From assembly GCF_036321535.1 (NCBI RefSeq), contig NC_087436.1, positions 79,672,001 through 79,736,000 of the forward strand: a stretch of DNA of 64,000 bases, in the 5' to 3' direction. The DNA comes from Camelus dromedarius. Taxonomy: Eukaryota. Below the pieces are notes generated by a model. It was not told where the DNA came from. It was given only the letters and a program-made list of their open reading frames with translations, and made no database searches. Shown here one piece after another: positions 11,673 to 25,164 of the stretch; the stretch's first letter is position 1; every line of letters starts with the position of its first letter. The translations under genes were made by a program, and so were the position numbers.

Positions 11673-12154
11673 GCATAGAACACACTTCTCAGGGCTGGTG
11701 GTTGGGTGGAGGTTAAAAAGGAGGAGTTGTAGAATGATTTGTGAAAGGAAGAACCTGGGGGAAGGGAAGGTAAACTCAAGTCTGTAGTAGGGTGCATTGT
11801 CCACATAGAATTTCTTTTCGCTCATAAAGTTCTGAGTGTTAAGTTACCATCCCACTGGAACTTCAAGAGAAAAGTTCAAGTGTACTAGACCTTTAATCTT
11901 TTCCATCCTACATTGTAAATATTTTTAAAAACTTCCTTAACATTTTAATAGAGATATTTGCATTTTCCTGAACAGCAAGCACAATGTCTTAGAGACAGTC
12001 CAATTCAAAAATGAGAAGGAACTCATGGATTTTATTAGGGTGGGAGTTTAGTCCTTAATCAGTCAACTATGGTCAAGGGAAGTTGTTCTTTGTATCATGT
12101 AAGTTTCTGTTACAGCCATGTGGCTGAGAAAAAGAAGCAGTTCCTAAGATAAAT

Positions 12155-12390
12155 ATAATAATAATTTTATTGGGTTCTTACGCTATACCGGAAACCTTAT
12201 TACCTGTTTACCTGTATCACTTCACTTAATTCCTAATTATCTTATGAGGAAGGTACTGTTTTTAATTCCTCAAGTTTATAAAGAGAAAACAGAAGCTCAG
12301 AGATGGTAGTTACTCCCCTGTAACTTAGGAAGGATGTGGTAGAATTGAGATTTGAGGCTAGGTAGCTTGGCATTAGAGCCCATGATCTGT
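12155..12390 (-). mobile_element. MIR
   Basis: CTTATGAGGAAGGTACTGTT..GAGAAAACAGAAGCTCAGAGATGG..GAGATTTGAG. Confidence 0.7.
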
Positions 12391-13834
12391 CTCTACAGGA
12401 CTAGACTCCTTTCCAGAAGGTGATAGGGTGGTGCTAGGTAGAACATCCTCTAAATGTCTTTGCTATCAAAAATCCTTAGTTCTGAGTTATATTAGGAAAA
12501 GAAGTCCAGCATTATTTCAAATACAGTAATAAATTTCAAAGAGACCAAATCACTGAACACATGTCCTCTTTAATTATTAATGAGCATTGTATGCATAAAT
12601 AAGCTATGATACTTTTTATTAAAAAGCTAAATACAAATATAGGTTTTGGGTTATATGTACATATCTTGTGTAAAATGGCATCTTAATATTATAATGGAAA
12701 CTTCAAGTTGCTAATAACAAAAAGGGAAGAGGGAGAGCATAAAGATAGCTTTACCCTTGGGTTGCAAAGCTTCTGACCCCTTTGTTGGTCTTCAGTGGGT
12801 TTCCCTCCTTCCCATCATCTTCCTTAGACATTAAAAAAAATCATGTAAAATCACATAGCTTACCTTCCAAGAACAGAATACAATCCCATTCACTTGGCTT
12901 TAAACCACGGCACTGTAGTATCCTCTACCAATTGGTATCCCCATTTTTGATACTGTCATTATCTCCCACCATATAAAGTTCCTTGAGTTGTTAACCTACC
13001 TGTATGTTCCACATATGTTTCTAGTTTTAGAGTGAATACAAAGGCTCCTGCTCTAACCTACAGCCATTTCTTTTTCCCCCTTCCTTTCTCCACCTGAGAA
13101 TCATCTGCCTTCAGAATTTGACCTTAGACTATAGTCTATGAATTCTTGTTTTCTAATGTTCTGAAGGGAGGTTAGGTCAGCTCTTGAGATGTGAGATGGT
13201 AGTGGGGATTGAATTAAGCAATGGGACTGGGAGGGGAGCCTTGAGAAATGTGGAGATGTTGTCAAACAGCTGAACTGGAAAAAGCACTATGAGGAAATGA
13301 GAGAAGATAAAATGAGGAACAGAGAGGCTAGGGAACAAAGATGTGGGCCCCATCACCATGGTTTCTGATTTTGGGGAGTCAAGGACCAAAGATTTTAAGG
13401 TACTTCAAGCAGTTTGGAAATGACTGGTCATGGCTATAAAGCTAGCTAAGGAAGCAGGTAAAGCCATGAAGGGAATGGCAGACTGGGAGAAATGGGATGT
13501 TGTGTGGCAATATAAGAGATGGAAAATCAGAATATTGAGGCCTGGAGGAGGGCATTCCAAGTATGAGATATTGGAAGTGGAATGAAATTATCCCCTACCC
13601 GTGCTTAGGTGGTGGGAAGCCCTAATTTTTACAAGAGGTTAAGGACTAGCTGGAAGTTATCATTTGGGCTGTTAGACCCATTTCCCAATATTCAGAGTTA
13701 CTCTTGTCTTTTTCCTTAGCAATTTGATGAGAAAAATTATCCTTAATTTGTTACATATTTGAGATTCCATTTCCAAGCCCATCATCCATTTCTCCCTTGA
13801 ATGCTGAAACAATATACAATGGGATCACTTAGAG

Positions 13835-13935
13835 TTTTGTTTGTTTGTTTGTTTTTAAATGGAGATACTGGGAACTGAACCCAGGACCTAGCGCATGGTA
13901 AGCATGGGCTCTGCCGCTGAGCTATGCCCAGTCCC
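13835..13935 (-). mobile_element. tRNA-Ala-derived SINE (camelid Vic-1-like)
   Basis: Minus strand GGGCATAGCTCAGCGGCAGAGCCCATGCTTACCATGCGCTAGGTCCTGGGTTCAGTTCCCAGTATCTCCA followed by an (AAAC)n tail; A box and degenerate B box. Confidence 0.8.
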
Positions 13936-13944
13936 TCTAAATTT

Positions 13945-16625
13945 TGAAGTTGAATTCCAAGTTTAAGTTCTGCTTCCTTTATTAGCGGTGTTACCCTTAG
14001 CAATTTACATGAAGATTTTGAGCCTCCAATTTCTTCATCTGTAAAAAGGATACAGCATTAACTTCCTCACAGGAAGAATCTAAAGATAAAATAACACCTG
14101 TGAAAAAAATTTTGTGTATTATGAAGTTATTATTGCTTTCCTTTAATATGTCTTTTTTTTTGTTTTAAAGTAGGGTTGGCCGACATTGTAGAGTTGTCTT
14201 TCTTATTCTTCTCTCTATCCTCAGTGTCAAATATACAGACTGGACCATAGTGAGTGGCAAACATTTGTGGAATGAATGAATGATATGAATTAATAAATGA
14301 AATTTACAATAAAACTGTCTGATACATAATTGAGCATGGCATTAAGGCTGGCCATCTTGGATCTAACCCAAGGAACTTCAGCAATTTTTAATGTTCAAAA
14401 AGGATTTTTATTTTAAGATATACCAGTCTTCTAGGCAAGAATCTATAGAAAAAAATGTTAAAGTGAAACTTCTGAATGCTGTCAAAAAATTTAAAATCCT
14501 TACATGAAAGGCCCTGAAAATTGTTTACTTAAGTTTTATATCACTTGTAGCTTCTCTTTCTTCCAGGGGATCATTCATTACTATGGGCCAATCTGGTGAC
14601 ATCTCAATTCTGGCTGTTATACTAATTGACCATAGTGATTCTTAATTTTTTTTGGCCACTTTATAGTACAATTTTCTGTGAATTAACTTAGCTTTGCTAT
14701 TAACTAAGGATTTCATATCGTCAATGCTATTTTGCCCCTTAAAGACAATAACCCCAGCAAGCTCTGAGGCGCTATTCTTAGTTCTCCTTTGAGACAACTC
14801 TCTTTACATCTTTTGACATATTACTAATTTACAGAATCACTTTTTGTCTGAAAGTATTGATTTGTTGGACTTCTTGAGATTTCTATGGACAATTCTAACC
14901 ACAAAGATTTTGTTTTTAGCAAAAGGAAGATTTGGTACAAAGAGTTGAAATAGAGATGGTAGCACTCTAAGCTCAAGTTAGCTATTTTTTAAAATGAAAT
15001 AGCAAACTATATGCAATCTTACAGGAATGTTTTAATATTTAATATACAAGATCTATAATTTTTCATTGGTAATTGAAGCTAAATCTGAAGCATTAAAAAA
15101 TTAACCACAGCAATCTGAACATTCCAAATGAAAGATGATGTCTACTGTTGAGTAGAACTTTCTGTTGATTAATGCAATGATGGGAATGGAAGTGGGGGAA
15201 GTTCCCTGAATTTTAATGTATTTTCAGATGAGATTTTGCATTGCCTAACATCTGCAATAGTTGGTTTATTGAGCTATGGGCTTGTGGAATAAAGAAGCTG
15301 GATTTATATGATGAGCTAGTAAATCTACTACTTGATGCTATTTTATCAAAATAATTTATATATTATATTTTCTTTTAATACTATGCAGAGAATGTGAGGT
15401 AGTTGCTAGAATCATGGACTTTAGAGTTAGCCCACCTGGGTTCCAGTCATATTAACTATATATAATGGAGATGAGAATAATAATAGTATCTATCCCAAAG
15501 GAAGTTGTGAGGATTACATTTATTAGTAAATTTAAAACACTTAGAACAGTGTCTGGAACAAAATAAGAGCTAAACATTGGTTATCTATTGTTATTTTGTT
15601 TATGTGGCATGTGAATTAAACCTCTGCAGGGCTGGTTTTCTTTTGACCAGTTTAGCTTTCTGCCCTATTCTGTGGATTGGAATAGCCATGTGTCATTTAC
15701 TCAATTTCATTGTTAGGCTGACCAAGAACATGCTTTCTGTCCCTGAATTCATAATATTGATAGAACCAGACTTGCAAGTAGCTATTACCTTACAATTCAC
15801 TTCTAAAGTCTTTTTTTGTAGCTAGTTTGTTTCTTAGATATAGATGCTACAGAAACCTATATTGCATTGTGCTAGGGTCATAGCAAACAACATTAATGAA
15901 AACTATTTTTAAGTGTGGTAAAAAAAAATAAAAGTCTTTTTTGAAGCCCAAGATAATTCAGCCAGATAAGGATTATGGAAATCGGGGAGTACTAAAAGAT
16001 ATTTAAACATGGCTAGGTTATTCCAACAATGAAATATTAGTTGCAATGAATATTTACTGAACTCAATGGTTGAGAGAGCTTAAACTCTTAACAAATGCCT
16101 AGCACACAGTAGCCACTCTGTACATTTTTGATATTAATATGGCATGCTCTGGGCTAAATATTTTATACGTCTTTTCTCAAATAATATGACAGTGTGATGA
16201 AGTAAACTGTTTCTGCCTTTTACAAATGCGGAGACTTAAGCCTAGAGAGGTTAAATAACTTGCCCAAGATCCTACATGAATAAGTGGAAGAACACAGACT
16301 TTAATGCAGGCCTGACTCTGAAACCCAGCCTCTTATTCACATACATATTGCTTCCTAATGCTTTGCAACAGTTTGGGGAAGACCTGGATGGAGTCTGCTT
16401 GGCAATTGTGGACAAAGTGGTATGAACATATAGAGACCTCATGTAAAGCAGTGACGTTGTAAGTGCTTTGTTGTGCCTATGGCAAGTTTCTTAGCTTTTC
16501 TTAACCTCAATCTTCTCACCTATAAAATGGATATAATAATATGTACCACATAGGATTATTGTGAGGATTAAATGAGGAGAAATGTACAAAACATGTAACA
16601 CATGGTAAACCTTCAATAGATATTT
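13945..16625. mobile_element. Several separate MIRs (~13945-14135 +, 15380-15600 +, 16150-16350 -, 16480-16625 +)
   Basis: Core motifs TTTCTTCATCTGTAAAA, GTGAGGATTA, AGAGAGGTTAAATAACTTGCCCAAG. Confidence 0.65.
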
Positions 16626-17517
16626 TTTCCCTTCTCCTTCTCTTATGCTAAACAATGGCCATTTATTGCATAAACTATAGATATAATGTCTGTTGAACTC
16701 TGTCTTCCAATTGGCAAGTCACTGTTAAATCATTTTAGTAATATGACAAGAGAAGGAGAGAGATGGGAAATTCAAATAAGAGACTCACTCAATAAGGGCT
16801 ACTCTAATCACAGTCCTAAAAGGGCTGCACTCCATTTCCCCACTATTCAGCCAGGTATGGATCCATCTGGGGTCCATTTGGGTAACTGACAGATCTTTAG
16901 AGGTTCCAAAGATTTAGTCACGGAGCCTAGGCTACCGGAAGCCTCTAGTACATATTTGTTGCTTCATTGATTCAAAGAAGATGAAAGGAACAAGCTATCA
17001 GCCATCTTGAATTTACATATAGAATCAGTTTTTTAATTTTAATAATCAAATTGTGGGAGGTTGTTTCTTTTTCTAGCTCCTGTAATTTTCCAGCACATTG
17101 CTCTTTGTTTAGACTAATCAGAGCACTTAGGCAGTGAATCGTTAAACCAATCATCTGAGTGTCTGGATGCATTCTATTTAAAGCTAATTTTCAAATTTGA
17201 ATTTAAATTGCCAAATACTAGATTGGGGCATCATAAAGGAACTTACGTTGTCATTAACTATTTGCTTGATTTCTTAAATGTACCAAATACTTTAACAGTT
17301 TCTGTGCAAGTGATAAAATTCAGATAGGGATTAAAAAAAAATTAGACCAAATTTACTACTGGCAATACAGCAAAAACTATTTTATCATTTATTTTAAAAA
17401 GTTAATATTCTGATTAGTGATGAAAATTGAAATTGGTGTCTTCAGTGATTGGTATAGGTTTTTCTGGTGTATAAGATGACTGCATCCATTTTAAAAAATG
17501 CATGTATAAAACTTTTT

Positions 17518-18135
17518 TTTCCTTTCTTTTTTTTTAAACACTTTTTTATTGAGTTATAGTCATTTTTTTAAAAACATTTTTTATTGTGTTACAGTCATTT
17601 TACAATGTTGTGTCAAATTCCAGTGTAGAACACAATTTTTCAGTTATACATGAACATACATATATTCATTGTTGCACTTTTTTTTGCTATGAGCTATCAC
17701 AAGATCTTGTATGTATTTCCCTGTGCTATACAGTATAATTTTGTTTATCTAGTCTACATATGCCTGTCAGTATCTACAAATTTTGAACTCCCAGTCTATC
17801 CCTTCCCACCCCCCCTCCTCCTTGGCAACCGTAAGTTTGTATTCTATGTCTATGAATCTGTTTCTGTTTTGCATTTATGTTCTTTTTTTTCTTTTTTTTT
17901 TTTTTTTAAATTCCACGTATGAGCGATCTCATATAGTATTTTTCTTTCTCTTTCTGGCTTACTCCACTTAAAATGACATTCTCCAGGGACATCCATGTTG
18001 CTGCAAACGGTGTTATGTTGTCATTTTTATGGCTGAATAGTATTCCATTGTATAAATATACCACATCTGCTTTATCCAGTCATCTGCTGATGGACATTTA
18101 GGCTGTTTCCATGTTTTGGCTATTGTAAATAGTGC
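17518..18135 (-). mobile_element. 5'-truncated L1 (~620 bp), related to the young family but more diverged
   Basis: TSD TAAAACTTTTT at 17507-17517 and 18136-18146, followed by AA; similarity to 4011-4565. Confidence 0.9.
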
Positions 18136-18384
18136 TAAAACTTTTTAAGAATACATTTTAGAATTAATTTTTTTCAGAGCTCTAAATGAGCTTGGTGCCT
18201 ATTTTTCTAAGCACTAGGAAGTTTGGAACTAAAAGTAAAAGCAACCAAAAAATTTGTGGCAAACTTTTTCTATATGTAGGTAGTTAATCTCTAAGAGTCC
18301 TGGTGCACCTCCTGGTCCCATACTGAATCTTCCGCACAATTGGTTTGTTCTGTTCCTCCAAACTGACATTCAATTATCTGAATA

Positions 18385-18620
18385 ATAACTATTGTTTCTG
18401 AGTATTTACTATATGTCAGTTATATTTCTTAGTTTTTTCCATAAATCAAATCATTTAAATACACAGCAACATTATAGATATTTTTCAGATGAGGAAACTG
18501 AGGCTCAGAGAGCATACGTAACTTGCAGAAGGCTGTGGTTAGCAAGGTTAGCAAGTAGCAGAGCTAGACTCCCACCCCACGTAGGCTTGGCTCTAAGGTT
18601 GTGACTTGCTTCTTTATTGC
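18385..18620 (-). mobile_element. MIR
   Basis: TTTTTCAGATGAGGAAACTGAGGCTCAGAGAG core. Confidence 0.8.
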
Positions 18621-20579
18621 ACAGGCTGAAAAAGTCAGGTGCTGACCTACACTCAGCATTTCAGGGAATTTACCCCACTTGTATAGATCTTCTCCAGTGA
18701 CATCTAGAAGAGGAAGAGAAGCAGACCCCCCTTTCCTTGGGTCAGGTCTGGGTTGGCTGTGTATCTGCTGGCATAACCAGAGCTTGGACAGCAAGTTCAT
18801 TCTTCAAGTGAGCTGCATTTGCTTTCTTCTTCAGCAAGGTTTACACCTCAGCCTGCCCATGTTAAACCACCTGCCTCCCTTTTCTGTTTTTGGGGTTTTG
18901 GGGGATGATTAACTACTTGATTTCTATGAAGACAAACCAGTTCATAATGACAAAGTGGTTGGCTGCCTAGAAAAAATTTCTCTGATGCTGTGTTTAATGT
19001 CTGACCATTCCCCTCCCTTTTTCAGTCCTGTGAATTGAGAGCCACTGTAATGATGGAGCAGCAGGGATGACAGCACATGGGGACTTTGCCAGTCGCTACA
19101 ATAATGGCCCTGCTACTTTACTCAGCCATCAACTGGTTCCTGGTGCTGCTTCAGGGGAGCAGCAGGCCCTGAGGTCTCAGCCTGGGAGAGAGGTGCAGAA
19201 TGAGGCGTCATGCTGGGGGTGAAGATTAAGCTCTGAGCGGCGCTCCTGCGGAGGGTTTAAATGGCGCCAATTTGGGATGGATTTGTCCTGGAGGTCTGCT
19301 GCATTCCACCTTCTCTTTTACTGAACACTGCTGATTACCCCTCAGTGGCCCCGGAGGCAGCTTCCCACGTGTCAGATACAGGTGGCTCCATCAAGACCTC
19401 GTTGCTCTCAGTTTGTTTATGGTGGGCTGCTCACCCTGCCTCCCCGAGCCCATCATCTTCCTGAGCCACTTATGCCACTTGCGCTTATGGTCCCAGATTC
19501 ATGCTGAAATGCTTTGAAAATGCAAGGGAAAACAAAAGGTTAACCCAGTGGGTAGGGAAAAATCACTTAGACAGCTTTTGACTTAAAAGCCACTATAAAA
19601 ACTTATGTCATTATTATTCCTAAGGCTTAAAATAACCTCATTGCCACCATGCTGGGTAAAAGGTGTTCAAGTTCACAGCATGGCTTGCCTGACACCAGTC
19701 AGAGACACATCCATGGGAAAGCACCACGGATGGATCAGCTCCTGGTGCAGTATCTCAGCCCTGCCTGCTTGACAACTGTCCAGTGAAGCTTTCCTCAGGC
19801 CATAAGTAGAAAGCTGTTTATTTAAATTTTCTGTGTAAGACTGAACTCTGGAATTACTCATTGTTCCAAATCCACTCCATGGTAAGTCAAAAACAAATGG
19901 AATCTGAATTAAGTTTCATAATATCTCTGGTATTTATGCAATTTCTGTGAAAATGTTGGAAACAGATCCCCCTGGATGTTTGTGGCTCTAGGTTGTGTTG
20001 TATAGGCAATAGCTGATTATTTTCTCATTAAATATAGTGTTAGCTTTCTGTTCCATTTGCTCCTGAAAAGCGGAGAAGCCGCAGAAATGGAGCAGATACT
20101 CTTGGGAGATGAATGTGAGGACACAGAACTCTTGCCCTCTTCATTTATTCTATTTACAGCAATAGATTCATCAGATCCTTCCAATGGGAATGAAACTGGA
20201 GATATATTAGGAGATAAATAGTGTTTCTATGAGGAAAGGTCAAGAAATATAGAGAAGAAAAAAACGAGGAATTAATTTTTTTACTATATGAATCATTGTT
20301 TTATAGAAGTTGAGCCTGAAAATTTTGCAACAGAAGAACTAAATAGAAATGGCATTCATTTGTTTATTCAACAAGCATTTATTGAATGTGCCACTGTGTG
20401 CCAGCCACTAGAGTGGATGAAAAGGCTCAATCTTTGACTCAAGGAGGGTACAGTTCTGAATAGATGCACATCAAATGAATGGCACACAATTAGCATCCTG
20501 CATTTATTTCTTCCCCTCTCAATCTCTGCCTCTTTGATATATATTATTTTTGCCCAGATAGGACACTGGAAACTAACTA

Positions 20580-20878
20580 CAGTCATCCCTTGGTATCTGC
20601 TTGGTTCCAGGACTCCCAGGAAACCAACATCCAAGGCTGCTACAGTCCCTTACGTAAAATGGCACAGTATCTGCATATAACCTATGCACACCCTCCCATA
20701 TACTTTAAATCATCTCTAGATTACTTATACAATGTAAATGCTATGTAAATGGTTTCCAGTATGTAGCAAATTCAAGTTCTGCTTTTCAGTCAGTTGTGGA
20801 ACTTTTTTTTCCAAGTATTTTCATGCAAGGTTAGTTGAATCTGCAGATGTGGATTCCTCAGATACTGAGGGCCATCTA
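20580..20878 (+). mobile_element. MER2-like (Tigger/TcMar) DNA transposon
   Basis: TA flanks; TIRs CAGTCATCCCTTGGTATCTG ... CAGATACTGAGGGCCATCTA; core TACTTTAAATCATCTCTAGATTACTTATA. Confidence 0.85.
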
Positions 20879-21289
20879 TAATAGAATGGAACAAAACTGA
20901 ATCGGGTCTTAGAAACCTTAGCTTTTCCACTTGCAAGCCTCCTCCACCCCACCCCCCTTGTAACCCAAACCACACAGTTTTTGACTAAAAAGGTACTATA
21001 AAGTTTCCATTTAAAAATGCAAAACGGTGTAATAGGAGCTCCATGCTCTGACACACTGTCTCAGGAGCCTCTTCAGTCCTGCGCTTGGAGAACCCAGGCA
21101 GTGCTGGTGTTGCCTCGAAAGGTGGACCTTTCCATCTGGGGCTAGATTTTTGTGTTTTGAAAAACCTTACTCGGCTCTCCTATTTTATTTGGCTTTGCTC
21201 ATATTTCTAAAGATGTATGCCTTTATTATCATTTTGTCTCCCTGCTTCTATGCTTTCATCAGGCATTTGCTTTAATCATCAACACTTTG

Positions 21290-21720
21290 TCTGGCTGATA
21301 GTAACAGAAAATCTAACCATGGTTTAAAGAGATGGCGATTGTTTATTTTACACAATAAGAGGCTCAGGGGTAGGTTACATGAGGCTGGTGTGATACTTCA
21401 GCAATGGCATCAGGCACCAAGCTTTTCCTGTAGTTTACTCTGCCATTCCCTCTGTGTATGCCTTTATCCTCTTGCTTATGGCATCATGGTTACAAGGTAG
21501 CTGTTGCTCCTCCAGGCCAAATGTCTGCATTTGGCAGAGGGCTATGCCAGCCAAATATATCCTCTAACTTTTTTTTAACCAAAAGATACCAAAGTTCTCC
21601 CAGAGATCCCACCTAATAAAAGCATATATCTCACTGGTCAGAACTATATCACATGGTCAATAACACAGGCTGGGACATTTGGGGGGGGTGGTAGGTGTGA
21701 TTGGGAAAGGCAACACGGAG
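21290..21720 (-). mobile_element. Old MaLR (MLT1J/K-like) LTR; similar degenerate copies at ~200-700 and ~34640-34970
   Basis: GTAACAGAAAATCTAAC..GGTTTAAA..TTTATTTTACACAATAAGA..CATGGTTACAAGGTAGCTG..TCTCACTGGTCAGAACT..TCACATGG. Confidence 0.6.
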
Positions 21721-21928
21721 GTGAATTAATATCAGACCTAAAGTGATGTTGGTACAGGATGATGTTCTCTCATCTCACCAAAAAGTAATTTCCAAAAAAA
21801 TCAATACTTTTTTTTTAGAAAAATTTATTAGGATTTATAAAGTAGTAGTTTTTTAAAGATTAAGTTGAAGCATAGTTGATGTACAATGTTGTGTTAATTT
21901 CTGGTGTACAGCATAGTGATTCAGTTGT

Positions 21929-21960
<32 letters not shown>
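21929..21960. repeat. (AC)12 followed by a short (AT)n microsatellite
   Basis: Direct reading. Confidence 0.95.
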
Positions 21961-22196
21961 GTATTCCTTTTCAGATTCTTTTCACTATAGGTTATAACAA
22001 GGTATTGAATATAGTTCCTTGTGCTATACAGTAGGACTTTGTTGTTTATTTTATATATAGTAGTTTGTATCTGCAAATCTCAAACTCCCGTTTTATCCCT
22101 CCTTACCTCTTTTCCCCTCTGGTAAAAGTAAGTTTGTTTTTTAAGTCTGTGAGCAGGCTTCTGTTTCATAAATAAGTTCATTTGTGTCATTCTTTT

Positions 22197-25164
22197 TTTT
22201 TTTTTAACATTTTTTATTGATTTATAATCATTTTACAATGTTGTGTCAAATTCCAGTGTTCAGCACAATTTTTAAGTTATTCATGGACATATACACACTC
22301 ATTGTCACATTTTTTTCTCTGTGAGTTATCATAACATTTTGTGTATATTTCCCTGTGCTATACAGTGTAGTCTATTCTACAATTTTGAAATCCCAGTCTA
22401 TCCATTCCCACCCTCCACCCCCCTGGTAACCACAAGTCTGTATTCTCTGTCTGTGAGTCTATTTCTGTCCTTTATTTACGCTTTGTTTTTGTTTGTTTGT
22501 TTGTTTTTGTTTTTTAGATTCCACATATGAGTGATCTCATATGGTATTTTTCTTTCTCTTTCTGGCTTACTTCACTTAGAATGACATTCTCCAGGAGCAT
22601 CCATGTTGCTGCAAATGGCATTATGTTGTCAGTTTTTATGGCTGAGTAGTATTCCATTGTATAAATATACCACCTCTTCTTTATCCAGTCACCTGTTGAT
22701 GGACATTGAGGCTGTTTCCATGTTTTGGCTATTGTAAATAGTGCTGCTATGAACATTGGGGTGCAGGTGTCATCCTGAAGTAGATTTCCTTCTGGATACA
22801 AGCCCAGGAGTGGGATTCCTGGGTCATATGGTAAGTCTATTCCTAGTCTTTTGAGGACTCTCCACACTGTTTTCCATAGTGGCTGCACCAAACTGCATTC
22901 CCACCAGCAGTGTAGGAGGGTTCCCCTTTCTCCACAGCCTCTCCAGCATTTGTCATTTGTGGATTTTTGAATGACGGCCATTCTGACTGGTGTGAGGTGA
23001 TACCTCATTGTAGTTTTGATTTGCATTTCTCTGATAATTAGTGATATTGAGCATTTTTTCATGTGCTTTTTGATCATTTGTATGTCTTCCTTGGAGAATT
23101 GCTTGTTTAGGTCTTCTGCCCATTTTTGGATTGGGTTGTTTATTTTTTTCTTATTGAGTCGTATGAGCTGCTTATATATTCTGGAGATCAAGCCTTTGTC
23201 GGTTTCACTTGCAAAAATTTTCTCCCATTCCATAGGTTTTCTTCTGGTTTCCTTTGCTGTGCAGAAGCTTGTAAGTTTCACTAGGTCCCATTTGTTTATT
23301 CTTGCTTTTATTTCTTCTAGGAGAAAATTTTTGAAATGTATGTCAGATAATGTTTTGCCTATGTTTTCCTCTAGGAGGTTTATTTTATCTTGTTTTATGT
23401 TTAAGTCTTTGATCCATTTTGAGTTGATTTTTGTATATGGTGTAAGGGAGTGTTCTAGCTTCATTGTTTTACATGCTGCTGTCCAGTTTTCCCAGCACCA
23501 TTTGCTGAAGAGACTGTCTTTATTCCAATGTATATTCTTGCCTCCTTTGTCAAAGATGAGTTGACCAAAAGTTTGTGGGTTCATTTCTGGGCTCTCTATT
23601 CTGTTCCATTGGTCTATATGTCTGTTTTGGTACCAATACCATGCTGTCTTGATGACTGTAGCTCTATAGTATTGTCTGAAGTCTGGGAGAGTTATTCCTC
23701 CAGCCTCTTTCTTTCTCTTCAGTAAAGCTTTGGCAATTCTAGGTCTTTGATGGTTCCATATGAATTTTATTATGATTTTTTCTAGTTCTGTGAAATATGT
23801 CCTGGGTAATTGGATAGGGATTGCATTAAATCTGTAGATTGCCTTGGGCAGTGTGACCATTTTAACAATATTGATTCTTCCAATCCAAGAGCATGGAATA
23901 TCTTTCCATTTTTTAAAGTCTTCTTTAATTTCCTTCATCAATGGTTTATAGTTTTCTGTGTATAATTCTTTCACCTCCTTGGTTAGATTTATTCCCAGAT
24001 ATTTTATTACTTTGGGTGCTATTTTAAAGGGGATTGTTTCTTTACTTTCTTCTTCTGTTGATTTATTGTTAGTGTAAAGAAATGCAACTGATTTTTGAAC
24101 GTTAATTTTGTAACCTGCTACCTTGCTGAATTCTTCAATCAGCTCTAGTAGCTTTTGTGTGGACCTTTTAGGGTTTTCTATATATAGTAGCATGTCATCA
24201 GCATATAATGACACTTTTACCTCTTCTTTTCCAATTTGGATCCCTTTTATTTCTTTCTCTTGCCTGACTGCTGTGGCTAGGACTTCCAGGACTATGTTGA
24301 ATAGGAGTGGTGATAGTGGGCATCCTTGTCTTGTCCCAGATTTTAGTGGGAAGCTTTTGAGTTTTTCACCGTTGAGTACTATGCTGGCTGTAGGTTTGTC
24401 ATATATAGCTTTTATTATGTTGAGATATGTTCCCTATACCCACTTTGGCGAGAGTTTTTACCATAAATGGGTGTTGAATTTTATCAAATGCTTTTTCTGC
24501 ATCGATTGAGATGATCATGTGGTTTTTGTCCTTTCTCTTGTTGATGTGATGTATTACAGTGATTGATTTGCATATGTTGAACCAGCCTTGTGTCCCTGGG
24601 ATGAACCCCACTTGGTCATGATGTATAATCTTTTTTATGTGTTGTTGGATTCTATTTGCTAAAATTTTGGTGAGGATTTTGGCGTCTATGTTCATCAGTG
24701 ATATTGGCCTATAATTCTCTTTTTTTGTCGTGTCTTTGCCTGGTTTTGGTATCAGGGTGATGGTGGCTTCATAGAATGAGTTTGGGAGTATTCCCTCCTT
24801 TTCAATCGTCTGGAAGAGTTTGAGAAGGACTGGTATGAGTTCTTCTTTGTATGTTTGGTAGAATTCCCCAGTGAAGCCGTCCGGTCCTGGACTTTTATTT
24901 GTAGGGAGGTTTTTAATTGCTATTTCTATTTCCTTTCTAGTGATTGGATTGTTCAAGTGTTCAGATTCTTCTTGATTCAGTTTTGGTGGACAGTATGTTT
25001 CCAGAAACTTGTCCATCTCCTCTAGGTTGTCCAGTTTGGTTCCATATAGTTTTTCATAATATTCTCATATGATATTCTGTATTTCTATTTTGTTTGTTGT
25101 AATTTCTCCATTTTCCTTTCTTATTTTGCTAATTTGTGCTCTCTCTTTTTTCTTCTTTGTGAGT
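22197..25164 (-). mobile_element. 5'-truncated young L1 (~3 kb), same family as 4001-11120
   Basis: TSD TTTGTGTCATTCTTTT at 22181-22196 and 25165-25180, followed by AA; near-identity to 4001-6985; poly(T) tail. Confidence 0.96.
22514..25164 (-). pseudogene. Truncated L1 ORF2 (Z/RT/C-terminal portion)
   Basis: ORFs 24399-25016 and 22514-24214 separated by a 2-bp deletion near 24435 (TCCCTATACC vs TCCCTGTATACC in the full-length copy); EN domain absent. Confidence 0.92.

Noticed and set aside
13860..13930. Possible functional tRNA-Ala gene
   Set aside because: Many substitutions including the anticodon loop and B box, extra 5' bases and an (AAAC)n tail indicate a SINE copy
22514..24214. 566-aa ORF as a domesticated RT gene
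   Set aside because: Starts mid-RT at a non-ATG codon downstream of a frameshift, in a promoterless 5'-truncated L1; openness reflects young age
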